The notes under the pieces: model-generated
Told to the model about the DNA's origin: nothing
Database searches by the model: none
Seen by the model: the letters and a program-made list of their open reading frames with translations, nothing else
Assembly (NCBI GenBank): GCA_965205865.1
Contig: CBDBHR010000030.1
Coordinates: 192,001 to 256,000 of the forward strand
DNA from: a bacterium
GTDB taxonomy: Bacteria; SAR324; NAC60-12
Length of the DNA stretch: 64,000 nt
Direction of reading: 5' to 3'
Translations under genes and position numbers: made by a program
Shown: piece by piece, positions 9,134-19,410 of the stretch
Numbering within the stretch: the stretch's first letter is position 1
Layout: the number at the start of each line of letters is the position of its first letter

Positions 9134-9397
9134 TAACCTGAGTTCGAGATAAGAATTTAATAAATTCAATATGTTATGGAATCTTCATATCTTAGAGAAA
9201 CCTTGTCATTCCTGCGAGATCCCTGCGTACGCAGGGAAGGAATCCAGAGATATGCAGCCAGACTGAAATATGGTGTGAGCAAAATTGGGGGACATGTACA
9301 GCGCTGTACATCCCAACTCTACTGTTTTATGCCTGCTGTTACATGTCCCCTAATTTTGCGTATCCATACTTCTAACTTATTTAAATTTCATTCCTAA
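9134..9397. mobile_element. Composite of MITE A left part fused to MITE B right part
   Basis: 9134-9268 matches 1533-1668. 9271-9397 matches 2467-2589. Confidence 0.8.
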
Positions 9398-9980
9398 TTG
9401 GGGGAATTCTGCGCGAAGATGACGAGAAACATAATCTCGATAATAGGATTTCAACTCCCGATAGTGGGATTGATGAAAATGAATCAAGATCCTTATGACT
9501 TCACTTGGGGATAAACTCGATGCTTTCAAACGCTGTTTTTCTCCATAGCGCAATTGTTGTTGATGCCACTAGCACCGTAGGGCAAAAGTGCGTACATGTT
9601 TTTCTCCTTCCGGCTAATCGCAGCGTTGTCATTCCGGGCGAAGACCCGGAATCCAGGGATTGAGGGTCTTCAGAAATCGGTTGTTGATGACTCTCATCGC
9701 CGATTCTCGAATGTCGAATAACTCATGAGATCAAGGGAGCGCATGCGTCTGTCCGAAGTGGACCTTCCCTGACGACTAGTCGAAAAGACTTCGGCAAGGG
9801 TAATGGAATTTTTCTTTTGACATCCTCCAATTCAGCATGTACGGTTAGGTGCCGTTCTTAGCTTGGGAAGGCGAGTTTTCTTTGTTCACCACTTATCCTG
9901 AGTTGTTGCGGATATGGAGCATGGTAACTCCCGGCGAGACTGGGTTTGTGGGATGATGAACGGAAGCAAAGGGGTAGACA

Positions 9981-10769
9981 ATGACGGGCTTTGAACGGGC
10001 CTTTGGTGATACGGAAAAGGCTGCAAATTCGACTATGAAATCTGCGGCAGAACTTGCAAAGCTGGCCGGGGTTTTGCGGAATGCAGCTAAGAAAGGGGAT
10101 ATCGGCGCCATAAAAAAGGCTGCTTCAAGGTTAAACAGCGCTCTGAGTTCTCTAAGGCAGGAGGTGGAAAACGCGGTTGAAACATGGCCTTTCAAAGACG
10201 GTGAAGAGTCGGAATATCTCAGAGAACACTTTGCCGCCGAGTTGCGTGGCTCCGCGGTGGAAAAGGGACTGAACATCTATGAAAGAGATGGCGTATTGAT
10301 TTCTCACCCGTCTATCGTTCAAATCTTGCCTGAAAACCATGCTGTGAGAATCGACCGGAAGAAAGTATCGACTTTGAGGCCGTCCTACCTTGCTGACATC
10401 CTGATCAATAACCAGAAAAAACCACGTCGCTTTCGTTCAGACCGTTTCCTGGAGGCTTTGTACAATAATTACAAACTCTGCGCTAAACTCTCCTCTAGCA
10501 GTTCGATCAAAGATCCTGTGGTGCCTCTGGAGGAAATCTATAAGACATTCACCTCTCTTCCTGGTGTCAGCAATGAGTACAAGAAGCTGGACTTTGCAAA
10601 GGACCTGTATTTTTTAGAGGTCAATGGCCCGTTCAGCACCAGGTCAGGCGCGCGTGTAGCTTTCCCCTCTTCTACATTGGCAAGAAGCGCTCGAGGCAGT
10701 TTTCCCATCGTAGGTCCTGACGGGCAAATAGTGACGTATTACGGAATCCAATTCATTGGAGGCGAATAA
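9981..10769 (+). CDS. Hypothetical protein, first gene of the DUF2791 module
   Basis: 262-aa ORF whose stop overlaps the next start (TAATG). Helical N-terminus. Candidate promoter TTGACA-N17-TACGGT near 9818. Confidence 0.75.
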   Translation: MTGFERAFGDTEKAANSTMKSAAELAKLAGVLRNAAKKGDIGAIKKAASRLNSALSSLRQEVENAVETWPFKDGEESEYLREHFAAELRGSAVEKGLNIYERDGVLISHPSIVQILPENHAVRIDRKKVSTLRPSYLADILINNQKKPRRFRSDRFLEALYNNYKLCAKLSSSSSIKDPVVPLEEIYKTFTSLPGVSNEYKKLDFAKDLYFLEVNGPFSTRSGARVAFPSSTLARSARGSFPIVGPDGQIVTYYGIQFIGGE

Positions 10770-11755
10770 TGAACCTGCCCCTTCATGATTGGCTGAGACG
10801 TATCGATTCCGAATACTTGTCGTCTTTCATCCAGGATGGCGGCGGCTCCGTCAAATTTGTCGTCACCCCGGAAGACTTGAAACCAGCCTTGTACGAAACT
10901 GTGGAGAACCGAGGAAAGGAACAAGATTATGTGGTTGTCAAGCTGGATGCGTCAGATATGAGAATTCATATGCCCCAGGACATTTTTTTCGAAATGGCAA
11001 AACAGGTTGATTGGCGGCATTTGGCCCGTCGTCTTCTTTTACGATTGGCCAGGGAAATTGGTTATCGGGTTGATACTATTGATCCTCATCAGACTGATAA
11101 CATCTTTAAGGCTATGGGAGACGTCAATGATCTCGAGTTGGAGTCCGTACTGCAAGAGCTGAGACCTCAATTAGAAAATAAAGTTACCAAAAAATATCGT
11201 ATGACTAAAGATTTCAGGGTTGCTATGACTCATCTTTGCCGATACGAAAACAACCGTGGAAATCAATCCTACGAAGGTCAACCGCTGATTGATTGGCTAA
11301 CAGGAAATGCCAAACTTGGCGCGGTCAGGCCATTCTCGATCTACACCAGCATCAACCGCAAGACAGCCAGGTATTTCATTGAATCGGCTCTTTACTATTT
11401 CCAGTATGCGGGATATGCGGGAACCGTGATTCTGCTCGATAATTCCCGTGTGACGCTTGCCCGTAATCCGCTAGATGGGCTCAGATACTACACCAGAAGC
11501 ATGACGACAGATCACTATGAGCTTTTGAGGCAGTTTATCGATAGAACCGAACATTTGGTTGGGACTTTGCTTGTGGTGGTGACGGATAACGCATTTCTTG
11601 AGCAGGATGCTCGTTCCAGAGGGTTTGGTATCTATCCGGCTCTCATGACAAGAGTCATGGACGATGTCCGTGACAAAAACATGGTGAATCCGATAGCTCC
11701 CTTGGTGCAGCTATCTCAAGAAGGGACTAACCCTTATGGATACTGTGATAGATAA
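10769..11755 (+). CDS. BrxD/DUF2791-like P-loop protein lacking an intact Walker A
   Basis: GGGSVKFVV, AGYAGTVILLD, YELLRQFID, IYPALMTR resemble DUF2791 blocks. No GxxGxGK[ST]. Confidence 0.65.
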   Translation: MNLPLHDWLRRIDSEYLSSFIQDGGGSVKFVVTPEDLKPALYETVENRGKEQDYVVVKLDASDMRIHMPQDIFFEMAKQVDWRHLARRLLLRLAREIGYRVDTIDPHQTDNIFKAMGDVNDLELESVLQELRPQLENKVTKKYRMTKDFRVAMTHLCRYENNRGNQSYEGQPLIDWLTGNAKLGAVRPFSIYTSINRKTARYFIESALYYFQYAGYAGTVILLDNSRVTLARNPLDGLRYYTRSMTTDHYELLRQFIDRTEHLVGTLLVVVTDNAFLEQDARSRGFGIYPALMTRVMDDVRDKNMVNPIAPLVQLSQEGTNPYGYCDR

Positions 11756-13025
11756 AAATGCTTTTGCCTGCAGGCAGGCGTTGGAAGCCCTGCGGAGCGG
11801 TGTGCCCAATGCGGAATCCGTAAAATTATTGGGATGTGGTCAATCGCAAGTAGAAAGTAAGTTCACCGAACTCTTGGCCAAATGTACGGACCTGGATAAT
11901 CCCACTTCCCATTCCCTGGGGATGTTGGTTTCCGGTGATTTTGGTACGGGGAAGTCTCACCTGCTTTCCTATCTGGAGCACCAAGCGTTGAAGAAGGGTT
12001 TCGTCTGCAGCAGGGTAGCTATCAGCAAAGAGACGCCGCTCTATGACCAGGCCAAAGTGTTCACATCCGCGATAGACAACGGCCGGATACCAGACCGCAC
12101 CGGGCAGCTAATGGAAGAAATCGGACTCAGCCTTGAACAAGAAACCGATGCGTACGCGCGTTTCTTCCAGTGGGCCAATAGGAGCGGACTGCTGCACTCT
12201 ATTTTCCCGGCGACCTTAATGCTCCATGAAAGGGCAAACGATCTCGAACTGATTAACGAAGTCAGAGCGTTCTAGTCGGGAGAACGAATTGCGATGGCCA
12301 AGGTAAAGAATGGCCTCAAAGCGATAGGTCAGCTACAAAATTTTCCCTTCAAAGCGCCGAAAGCGAGAGAATTACCCCCGCAACGGCTACGGTTCGCATC
12401 AGAGTTGATCAAGGCAGCAGGCTACAAAGGTTGGGTCGTTTTGTTTGACGAAATCGAATTAGTCGCTTCTTACGGGCCGCTCCAAAGAGCTCGCTCCTAC
12501 GCTGAACTGGCCTGCTGGTTAGGAGAGGTTTCCGCTGAAACGTGCCCGGGGCTCGTTGTTGCTGGCACGGTGACGGACGACTTCGCTACAGCCATTTTAA
12601 CTGGCAAGCGAGACCTCGACTCGGCAAGTTCCCGGTTGCGTTCCCGTGGAAATGGTGATGCTGCGGACAGGGCTGAGGCGGGTATGCGGAGCCTCGAGCA
12701 GGGTACGATTGCGTTAGAACCCCCGACTGCGGAAGACGTGAAGGCGACCGTCGAAAAACTACGGAAAATCTACAGCATTGCCTATGGATGGGAGGCGCCA
12801 CAATTAAAGAGCATGGCAGGTGGTGCGGGATATCGAAGCAGGATGAGATACAAGGTCCGAGCTCCGATAAATGAATGGGACCTGTTGCGCTTGTACCCCA
12901 ATTCACGCCCTGAAACAGTGGGAACCGAGTTCAGAGTCAGCTATGAAGACATTCCGGAACCGGAGGATGACACGATCTTCAACGATCTCAACAATGGTAT
13001 CCATCCCGCCGTCGGGTTGGAATAA
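11736..13025 (+). pseudogene. BrxD/DUF2791-like ATP-binding protein with one in-frame amber stop
   Basis: ALEALRSGVP, Walker A GDFGTGKS, ISKETPL, Walker B VVLFDEIE. TAG at 12273-12275 (F*SGE, probably TGG) joins the two ORFs in frame. Confidence 0.78.
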
Positions 13026-13126
13026 TGTTGGTTTTTGATTGATAGTATGGCTAGAGTAAATAGGGATCACAAAATTTTTTACGGAATTCCACCTGCCAGG
13101 GAGATTCTGGTAACTTTAAAAACGGC

Positions 13127-14239
13127 TCAATTAAAATCAGCTCCCACCGCTTGAGAAACTGAGGAAAATCCATCCTGATCCAGCAAGCGCAGCAATTCCT
13201 GTTTGATAAATTTGGCAGTTGCCGGTCCACGATATACCATACCCGTATAAACTTGGACCAATGAAGCGCCGGCACGGATCTTTTCGTAAGCATCCCTACC
13301 CGTAAAAACGCCTCCCACTCCAATGATAGGCAGAGATTTTTCAAAATGCTGGTATAGCTGCCTGATCACACGGGTAGAAAGTTTCTGCAAAGGGACGCCA
13401 CTCAATCCTCCTACCTCTTTAGCGGCTCGATCGTTTTTTATGTTTTCACGTTTCTTGGTCGTGTTGGTTGCTATAATGCCATCCAGCTCAAATTCCTCCA
13501 TGACTGTTACGATTTCATGGAAGATTCCCTCTGTCAAGTCTGGTGCGATTTTGAGCAAAATGGGCTTGCTCAGTATTCCTTGGTGGACAAATTCTTTTCG
13601 GATCTGCAGCAGTTTGCTCATCAATATACTCAGCGATTCTTGTTCTTGCAACGCACGTAGCTTTTCCGTATTTGGAGAACTGACATTGATGACGATATAA
13701 TCCGCCTGCTCATACACACGCCTCAATGTCGTCTCATAATCCACATAGGCTTCTTTTATCGGAGTCTCTTTGTTTTTTCCTATGTTGATTCCCAAGATAC
13801 CCTGAGGGGGAGATCGACGCACATTTTTAAGCAAGGCTTGCGCTCCCTGATTGTTGAAACCGAGGCTATTGATCAGGGCCTGATCTTCTTCAAGGCGAAA
13901 AAGACGCGGTGCCGGATTCCCTATTTGGGGCTGCGGTGTCACTGTCCCTATTTCAACATATCCGAATCCCAGGGAGAATAACGGATTGAAAACGATCCCG
14001 TTTTTATCAAAACCAGCCGCCATTCCAATTGGATTGGGAAAAGTTTTCCCCCACAGCTCCATTTGCAGGGCCGGATGCTCGAATCCATAAACGTGTTGCA
14101 AGACCTGGGAGACCCCAAAGCACTTGAAAACATGTCGCATCGTCCAAAGTGTTTGCTCGTGAATCTTTTCGGGATCTTGTTTGAACAAAAAAGGCCGGAT
14201 GAGCTGAAACAGATGGTCCTGACGAAAGAAATTCTCCAT
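13127..14239 (-). CDS. pyrD: Quinone-dependent dihydroorotate dehydrogenase
   Basis: NPIGMAAGFDK, GNPAPRLFRL, NVSSPNT, KIAPD, TNTT, GGLSG. Confidence 0.96.
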   Translation of the reverse strand: MENFFRQDHLFQLIRPFLFKQDPEKIHEQTLWTMRHVFKCFGVSQVLQHVYGFEHPALQMELWGKTFPNPIGMAAGFDKNGIVFNPLFSLGFGYVEIGTVTPQPQIGNPAPRLFRLEEDQALINSLGFNNQGAQALLKNVRRSPPQGILGINIGKNKETPIKEAYVDYETTLRRVYEQADYIVINVSSPNTEKLRALQEQESLSILMSKLLQIRKEFVHQGILSKPILLKIAPDLTEGIFHEIVTVMEEFELDGIIATNTTKKRENIKNDRAAKEVGGLSGVPLQKLSTRVIRQLYQHFEKSLPIIGVGGVFTGRDAYEKIRAGASLVQVYTGMVYRGPATAKFIKQELLRLLDQDGFSSVSQAVGADFN

Positions 14240-14380
14240 GGGCTGGTCTCCTGACCGTAAGCATTCTCAGTTTTCCATGAATAACATTTTGCTTTTCAAT
14301 TTACATCATTTTCATTTGCTCATTGCTTTTTTCCAGCAGAAAGCATAATTTTATTGTTTCATTCTTAAAAGGAGAGGCAT

Positions 14381-15286
14381 ATGGAACGATTAGAAACGAC
14401 ACGGTTATTGACTGCGATCAAAACTCCCTACCTGGAAAATGGTGATATTGACCTGGATACTTATGATTTCCTGGTTGATCAACAAATAAAAAATGGTGTG
14501 GAAGGATTGATTGTCGGCGGTACGACAGGAGAAGGTCATTTGATGAGTTGGGATGAGCACATCATGTTGATTGCGCACAGTGTTCATCAATTTGGAAATC
14601 AATTAGTGATTGTTGGTAATACGGGTAGCAATAACACGCGAGAGGCGGATCATGCGACATCGCAGGGTTTTGCCGTCGGGATGCGCGCCTCTCTGCAAAT
14701 CAATCCTTACTATGGAAAAACTTCAAAGGAAGGCTTGAAAGCCCATTTTAAGCGTGTGTTCGATTTGGGACCGGCAATTGTTTACAACGTACCGAGTCGA
14801 ACCGGACAGGACCTTGAGCCTGAATTGATGCAAGAACTGGCAAAGCATCCTAATTTTAAAGGAATCAAAGAGTGTCAAGGACCTGAACGGATTGCCGGAT
14901 ACACGGAACAAGGCATACGTTGCTGGTCAGGCAATGACGATGACAGTTTTTCTTCTCGTCATGATTGCGGTGCCAATGGGGTGATTTCCGTAACGAGTAA
15001 TGTGGTCCCGGGACTGATGCGCCGTTTGATGGACACGGAGGACGCTCAACTCAACGAACAACTTCGCTCGTTGATGTCCTGGCTCTTTTGCGAACCCAAC
15101 CCCATTCCCCTGAATACGGCACTGGCCATGACAGGCGCTGCTGCTCCGATTTTTCGTCTCCCCTACGTTCCTTTGGATTTGCAAAGAAGGCGCATTGGTT
15201 TGGAAATCCTGCAGGGATTCGACGAAAAAGATTGGGTTGGGGACAAACTGGAACTCTTTGATGACGACTGCGTCATTTTTATATAA
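14381..15286 (+). CDS. dapA: 4-hydroxy-tetrahydrodipicolinate synthase
   Basis: GGTTGEG, GNTGSN, YNVPSRTGQD, IKEC, SGNDD, PNPIP. SD AAGGAG. Confidence 0.94.
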   Translation: MERLETTRLLTAIKTPYLENGDIDLDTYDFLVDQQIKNGVEGLIVGGTTGEGHLMSWDEHIMLIAHSVHQFGNQLVIVGNTGSNNTREADHATSQGFAVGMRASLQINPYYGKTSKEGLKAHFKRVFDLGPAIVYNVPSRTGQDLEPELMQELAKHPNFKGIKECQGPERIAGYTEQGIRCWSGNDDDSFSSRHDCGANGVISVTSNVVPGLMRRLMDTEDAQLNEQLRSLMSWLFCEPNPIPLNTALAMTGAAAPIFRLPYVPLDLQRRRIGLEILQGFDEKDWVGDKLELFDDDCVIFI

Positions 15287-15291
15287 GAATG

Positions 15292-15535
15292 GGGGACGCT
15301 TTTAACGTCGAGATCGTCAATTACCACAGAGGATAAACCGATGCGCCCCGTCGCGCACTCCAACCGATTGTTGAAACGCGGCTTTGAAGCGCGTTGTCTG
15401 GCGGTGCGGTTTGACCGCTATTTCGGTAACCGCCCTTGTTTCCGGCTCGCCCCCCAGAGCCAATATGACATTGCCTTGGTCAAACGAGACCACGGTGTGG
15501 AAATAACCAGGCAAGTGCAACCCGACGGTTCCTGA
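15292..15535 (+). pseudogene. higBA toxin-antitoxin remnant
   Basis: GDAFNVEIVNYHRG* resembles the HigB C-terminus. The following ORF 15341..15535 (AVRFDRYFGNRPCFRLAPQSQYDIA) resembles HigA with the HTH internally deleted. Confidence 0.6.
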
Positions 15536-15540
15536 TACCC

Positions 15541-15705
15541 ATGCCAACTCAGAACTTGCTGACACGAGATACCGATATCCACTCTGCCAACCGCGTGCCC
15601 TATCGTCTGCTGGAAGAAGCGTCCGACCATTTCTCCGGTGAGTTGGATGTCGGCAACATGCTCAAACATGGTGACAATCTGGAAAATGAACCGCATCCAC
15701 TGTGA
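15541..15705 (+). pseudogene. Truncated diverged copy of the Type III mod 5' end
   Basis: MPTQNLLTRDTDIHSANRVPYRLLEE...GNMLKHGDNLE aligns with MPILHWLTRDADIRATAGMHYRLLEE...GNMLIQGDNLE at 19411. Confidence 0.85.
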
Positions 15706-15781
15706 GATGTATACTTAGCTTTTTCATAGGGGATGAGCGCCAAGGAGTTCAATCACTTGAAATCGAAATTGGGTGACATAA

Positions 15782-17890
15782 ATGAGTAACGAATACATCA
15801 TGAGAATATCTCGGCTCACGGTCGACAAACTCGGCGTAAAACTCTACGACAAAGTTTCTGCCGTTATCGCCGAACTTATTGCAAATTCCTACGATGCCGA
15901 TGCAAAGGTGGTCACCATAAGCGCCCCTATGGGACAGTTTCTTGCTTCAAAGGCAGGTGGTTCACTCTCTGACAAAGGTTTCACGATTGAAGTCGTGGAC
16001 GATGGTAGCGGTATGACTCCTGAACAGATGCAACAGTTTTTTCTTGTGGTCGGTGCTGAGCGTCGAGCCGACCCCCTTCGAGGTTCAACTTCCCCACACT
16101 ACAGACGGAAAGTCATGGGAAGAAAAGGTGTTGGTAAGCTTGCGCCGTTCGGAATCTGCAAGATTATCGAAGTAATCAGCGCGGGTGGTGAAGATATCAA
16201 ACAGACAAACAGAGGGAATCACCACGGATATTTAACGTCGCACATCATCTTGAACTATGACGAAATCGTCGCAGAGAATGGCGAACCAGGCGAACTGTAT
16301 AAGCCAACGGTCGGAGAAAATGACGATACGCTTAGTGATAGACCTGGAACGACAATAAAACTGAGACAGTTCAACTATCGACGGGTTCCAGACATTGATA
16401 CTCTCTTACGCCAAATTGCTCAACGATTTGGCATTCAATCTGAGAACTGGAGAATAGTTCTTGAGGACAACACCCAGACTTCCTCCGAAACCAGCAGGCA
16501 TGTAGTTGGCGCGTTTAACGTTGATACAATGCCGAACACGCGCATTAGGTTTCAGGAGAATGGACCGAACTCGACGCAAGTCATTGGACCAGAAAACGAT
16601 CCGATCTCTGATATTCAAGCAGGCTTTGATCATGATGGAAAATTCTATCCCATAACGGGATGGATAGCTTATTCCAAAGAACCGTATAAAGACGATTTGA
16701 TGGCGGGAGTAAGAATTTACTGCCGCGGGAAAATAGCCGCTCAAACGTCTGTATTCAACAGGCGCGCTGGTTTTACTGGAGAGCATAACATCCGTTCTTA
16801 TCTGGTAGGTGAGTTGTATGCAGATTGGCTTGATGAAGAGGATGATTTGATTCAGACGGACCGTCGGGACATTCTTTGGTCAGACGAACTCGGGCAAGAG
16901 TTTCAAAAATGGGGCCAGCGTATAGTTTCACGAATTGGAACTCTATCACGGGACCCAATGCGAAAGGCTGCTTTGGATTTGTTTCTTGAAACCGGGCGTG
17001 TCGAGGAGCGCATCCAGGAGAGTTTTCCAACAGAAAGTCAGAAAGACATTCGAGAGCAGGCGATCAACGTAGCCAAAATGTTTGGCCGAACCATCAGCCG
17101 AGCGGAAGCAGGGGACGGCGACGTGGTAGGCGACTTGGTTGATCTGAGCATAACCCTTGCCCCACACGTTACTCTCGACGAAATGATGAGGGATGCCGCG
17201 GAAAAAACTGAAACGCCTCTTGCGGCGCTTAGTTCTCTCTTAAGAATCGCACGCATCGCGGAACTTGCCTCGTTTGGCCGGATTGCCGAGGATCGTCTGA
17301 AGGTAATCAATCGTCTGGAGACACTGAAAGACGATGACGGCACCATGGAAGACAGCCTTCAGAACCTCATTGAGGACGCGCCCTGGCTGATCAACCCCGA
17401 ATGGGCGCCGGTAATCGCAAACCAGTCACTCAACAGACTGAGGAAGGAGTTCGAGAAGTACTACGAAAAGAAAACAGGACAAATTATCTCGTTGTCTGAC
17501 TTTCAGAATCCAAGAAGGGAACCTGACTTTGTCTTGTCAAGTCAGGACGGCGTGGCTCAGATTGTTGAGATAAAGAGACCCGGACACGCCCTGAAGAACA
17601 AAGATATGGATAGAATCGTCAAATACCACGATTGCATGCAGTCGTTTCTGATGGATGATAGGAACGTCGACTTTCAGAAATTTTTCCATGACTTCCACAT
17701 TACGCTTGTGTGTGAAAAGCTGGCTCTCACAGAAGCTCAGAGAGCAGCGTACAATGGTTATTTGGCAACGAAAAAACTGACGCACATCAATTGGAAAAAT
17801 TTTTTGCTGCGAACCGAGACCGTGCACCAGGACTTCTTGGCAGAGGCGAAGAGACAACGTACTTTAATTTCGGGAGGGGACAGTTGTTAG
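15782..17890 (+). CDS. GHKL (MutL/MORC-like) ATPase with C-terminal PD-(D/E)xK nuclease-like domain, probable restriction component
   Basis: ELIANSYDA, DDGSGM, GRKGVGK, PGTTI GHKL boxes. C-terminal EPDFVL...IVEIKRP. Confidence 0.82.
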   Translation: MSNEYIMRISRLTVDKLGVKLYDKVSAVIAELIANSYDADAKVVTISAPMGQFLASKAGGSLSDKGFTIEVVDDGSGMTPEQMQQFFLVVGAERRADPLRGSTSPHYRRKVMGRKGVGKLAPFGICKIIEVISAGGEDIKQTNRGNHHGYLTSHIILNYDEIVAENGEPGELYKPTVGENDDTLSDRPGTTIKLRQFNYRRVPDIDTLLRQIAQRFGIQSENWRIVLEDNTQTSSETSRHVVGAFNVDTMPNTRIRFQENGPNSTQVIGPENDPISDIQAGFDHDGKFYPITGWIAYSKEPYKDDLMAGVRIYCRGKIAAQTSVFNRRAGFTGEHNIRSYLVGELYADWLDEEDDLIQTDRRDILWSDELGQEFQKWGQRIVSRIGTLSRDPMRKAALDLFLETGRVEERIQESFPTESQKDIREQAINVAKMFGRTISRAEAGDGDVVGDLVDLSITLAPHVTLDEMMRDAAEKTETPLAALSSLLRIARIAELASFGRIAEDRLKVINRLETLKDDDGTMEDSLQNLIEDAPWLINPEWAPVIANQSLNRLRKEFEKYYEKKTGQIISLSDFQNPRREPDFVLSSQDGVAQIVEIKRPGHALKNKDMDRIVKYHDCMQSFLMDDRNVDFQKFFHDFHITLVCEKLALTEAQRAAYNGYLATKKLTHINWKNFLLRTETVHQDFLAEAKRQRTLISGGDSC

Positions 17891-17891
17891 C

Positions 17892-19385
17892 ATGTCGCTA
17901 AAAGCAATCGACGTGTATGCAGGGGGAGGCGGGTTGACCGTGGGCTTAAAGCGGACAGGCTTTAAGGTAGTGGCAGCAATAGAAAATGAAGAACATGCCT
18001 ACGCAACCTATCGGGCGAACCATCCGGAAGTCCACGCTTTAAAACAGGACGTGACGACCGTGTCAGGAAAGGATCTGCTAAAACTGACCGGTGAGAAGAG
18101 AATCGATTTGCTTGCAGGTTGCCCGCCTTGTCAAGGCTTCACCAGTTTGACCGCCAAGTATCGGAGAGATGACCATCGGAATACGTTGATTTTTGAAATG
18201 TCTCGTTTAGCCGAAGAGATACAGCCAAGGGCAATCATGATAGAAAACGTTCCTGGACTAGCCAAGAAGGGAGTCTTGCTGTACGAGGAATTAAAACGTC
18301 AACTTCGAGAACTCGGTTATGACCTGACCGATGACGTTTTGGAAGTTGCCGACTATGGGGTCCCGCAGTTCCGCCGACGTTTGGTATTGTTAGGTGGACT
18401 CGGTTTCGAGATTAGACTACCCAAGCCGACGCATTCCAAAGACGGCAAAAACGCATTGGTCCGCTGGAGAACCGTGAAAGATTCAATCGGCCAAATGGTC
18501 GATCCAGTTACCCTGCAAGACGCTAAGAGGCGCGGTGAAGTCCAACAATCGGATTGGCATGTCGTACGAACGCTTTCACCGGAGAACGTGAAGCGTATGA
18601 AGCTCGCGAAAGCAGGAAAGACCTGGACGAGTATACCTGAGACTTTAAGGCCCAACTGTCACCAAGGTGGCTACAACGGCTTTACGAACGTATACGGCCG
18701 TATGGAATGGGATCAGCCATCACCTACAATCACCGGTGGATGCACGACGTTCAGTAAAGGTCGGTTTGGACATCCGATAAAAGATAGAACGATCTCGGTT
18801 CGTGAAGCTGCTTTACTCCAAACCTTCCCAGAAAGTTATTGGTTCGATACGCCTTATATGGAACATGTCTGTAACGTAATCGGAAACGCGCTGCCATGCG
18901 ACTTCGCGGAAGCAATATCGCGTCAATGCCAAATGGAGTTGGTTGCTTCTGACAAGCGAAAATCCAATGAAAGAAGGGGTGACTTGCATGTTGATGAGAG
19001 AGTGTCGCTTCGTATGAAACGTGTGAAGCAGCGAGATACAACTCCTGAATTAGTCGTCAGAAAACTTCTTTTCGCAAAAGGCTACAGATACAGAATTCAT
19101 CGAGACGACCTTCCCGGCTCTCCGGACGTTGTTTTTCCGAGTAGACGAAAGGTTGTCTTCGTGCATGGCTGTTTTTGGCACGGTCACGAAAACTGCACTC
19201 GAGCGTCTTTGCCAAAATCGCGAACAAGGTATTGGGCAGATAGGATTGCCAAAAACCGAGAGCGAGACGTGCGATCTATCTCTGCTCTTGAGTTGTTGGG
19301 GTGGTCCGTTTACGTCGTATGGGAGTGCGAAACCAAGAACTTGAGTTCCTTGGAACAGCGCCTTTCATGTTTCTTGCAAGTATGA
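17892..19385 (+). CDS. C5-cytosine DNA methyltransferase fused to Vsr very-short-patch endonuclease
   Basis: YAGGGG, GCPPCQGF, ENV, QFRRR, REAALLQTFP, IGNA, then in the same frame DTTPELVVRK, LPGSPD, FVHGCFWHGH, VWECE. Confidence 0.9.
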   Translation: MSLKAIDVYAGGGGLTVGLKRTGFKVVAAIENEEHAYATYRANHPEVHALKQDVTTVSGKDLLKLTGEKRIDLLAGCPPCQGFTSLTAKYRRDDHRNTLIFEMSRLAEEIQPRAIMIENVPGLAKKGVLLYEELKRQLRELGYDLTDDVLEVADYGVPQFRRRLVLLGGLGFEIRLPKPTHSKDGKNALVRWRTVKDSIGQMVDPVTLQDAKRRGEVQQSDWHVVRTLSPENVKRMKLAKAGKTWTSIPETLRPNCHQGGYNGFTNVYGRMEWDQPSPTITGGCTTFSKGRFGHPIKDRTISVREAALLQTFPESYWFDTPYMEHVCNVIGNALPCDFAEAISRQCQMELVASDKRKSNERRGDLHVDERVSLRMKRVKQRDTTPELVVRKLLFAKGYRYRIHRDDLPGSPDVVFPSRRKVVFVHGCFWHGHENCTRASLPKSRTRYWADRIAKNRERDVRSISALELLGWSVYVVWECETKNLSSLEQRLSCFLQV

Positions 19386-19410
19386 TGCACGTTTTAACAA
19401 ACGGTAACCC

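Noticed and set aside
2022-12275. Three in-frame TAG codons (2022, 5416, 12273) suggesting amber recoding or pyrrolysine
   Set aside because: TAG ends several genes normally (1305, 6675, 8934, 17890, 23618). In-frame TGA and TAA also occur in pseudogenes (30997, 32080). Two of the three genes carry other lesions. Decay is the simpler explanation.
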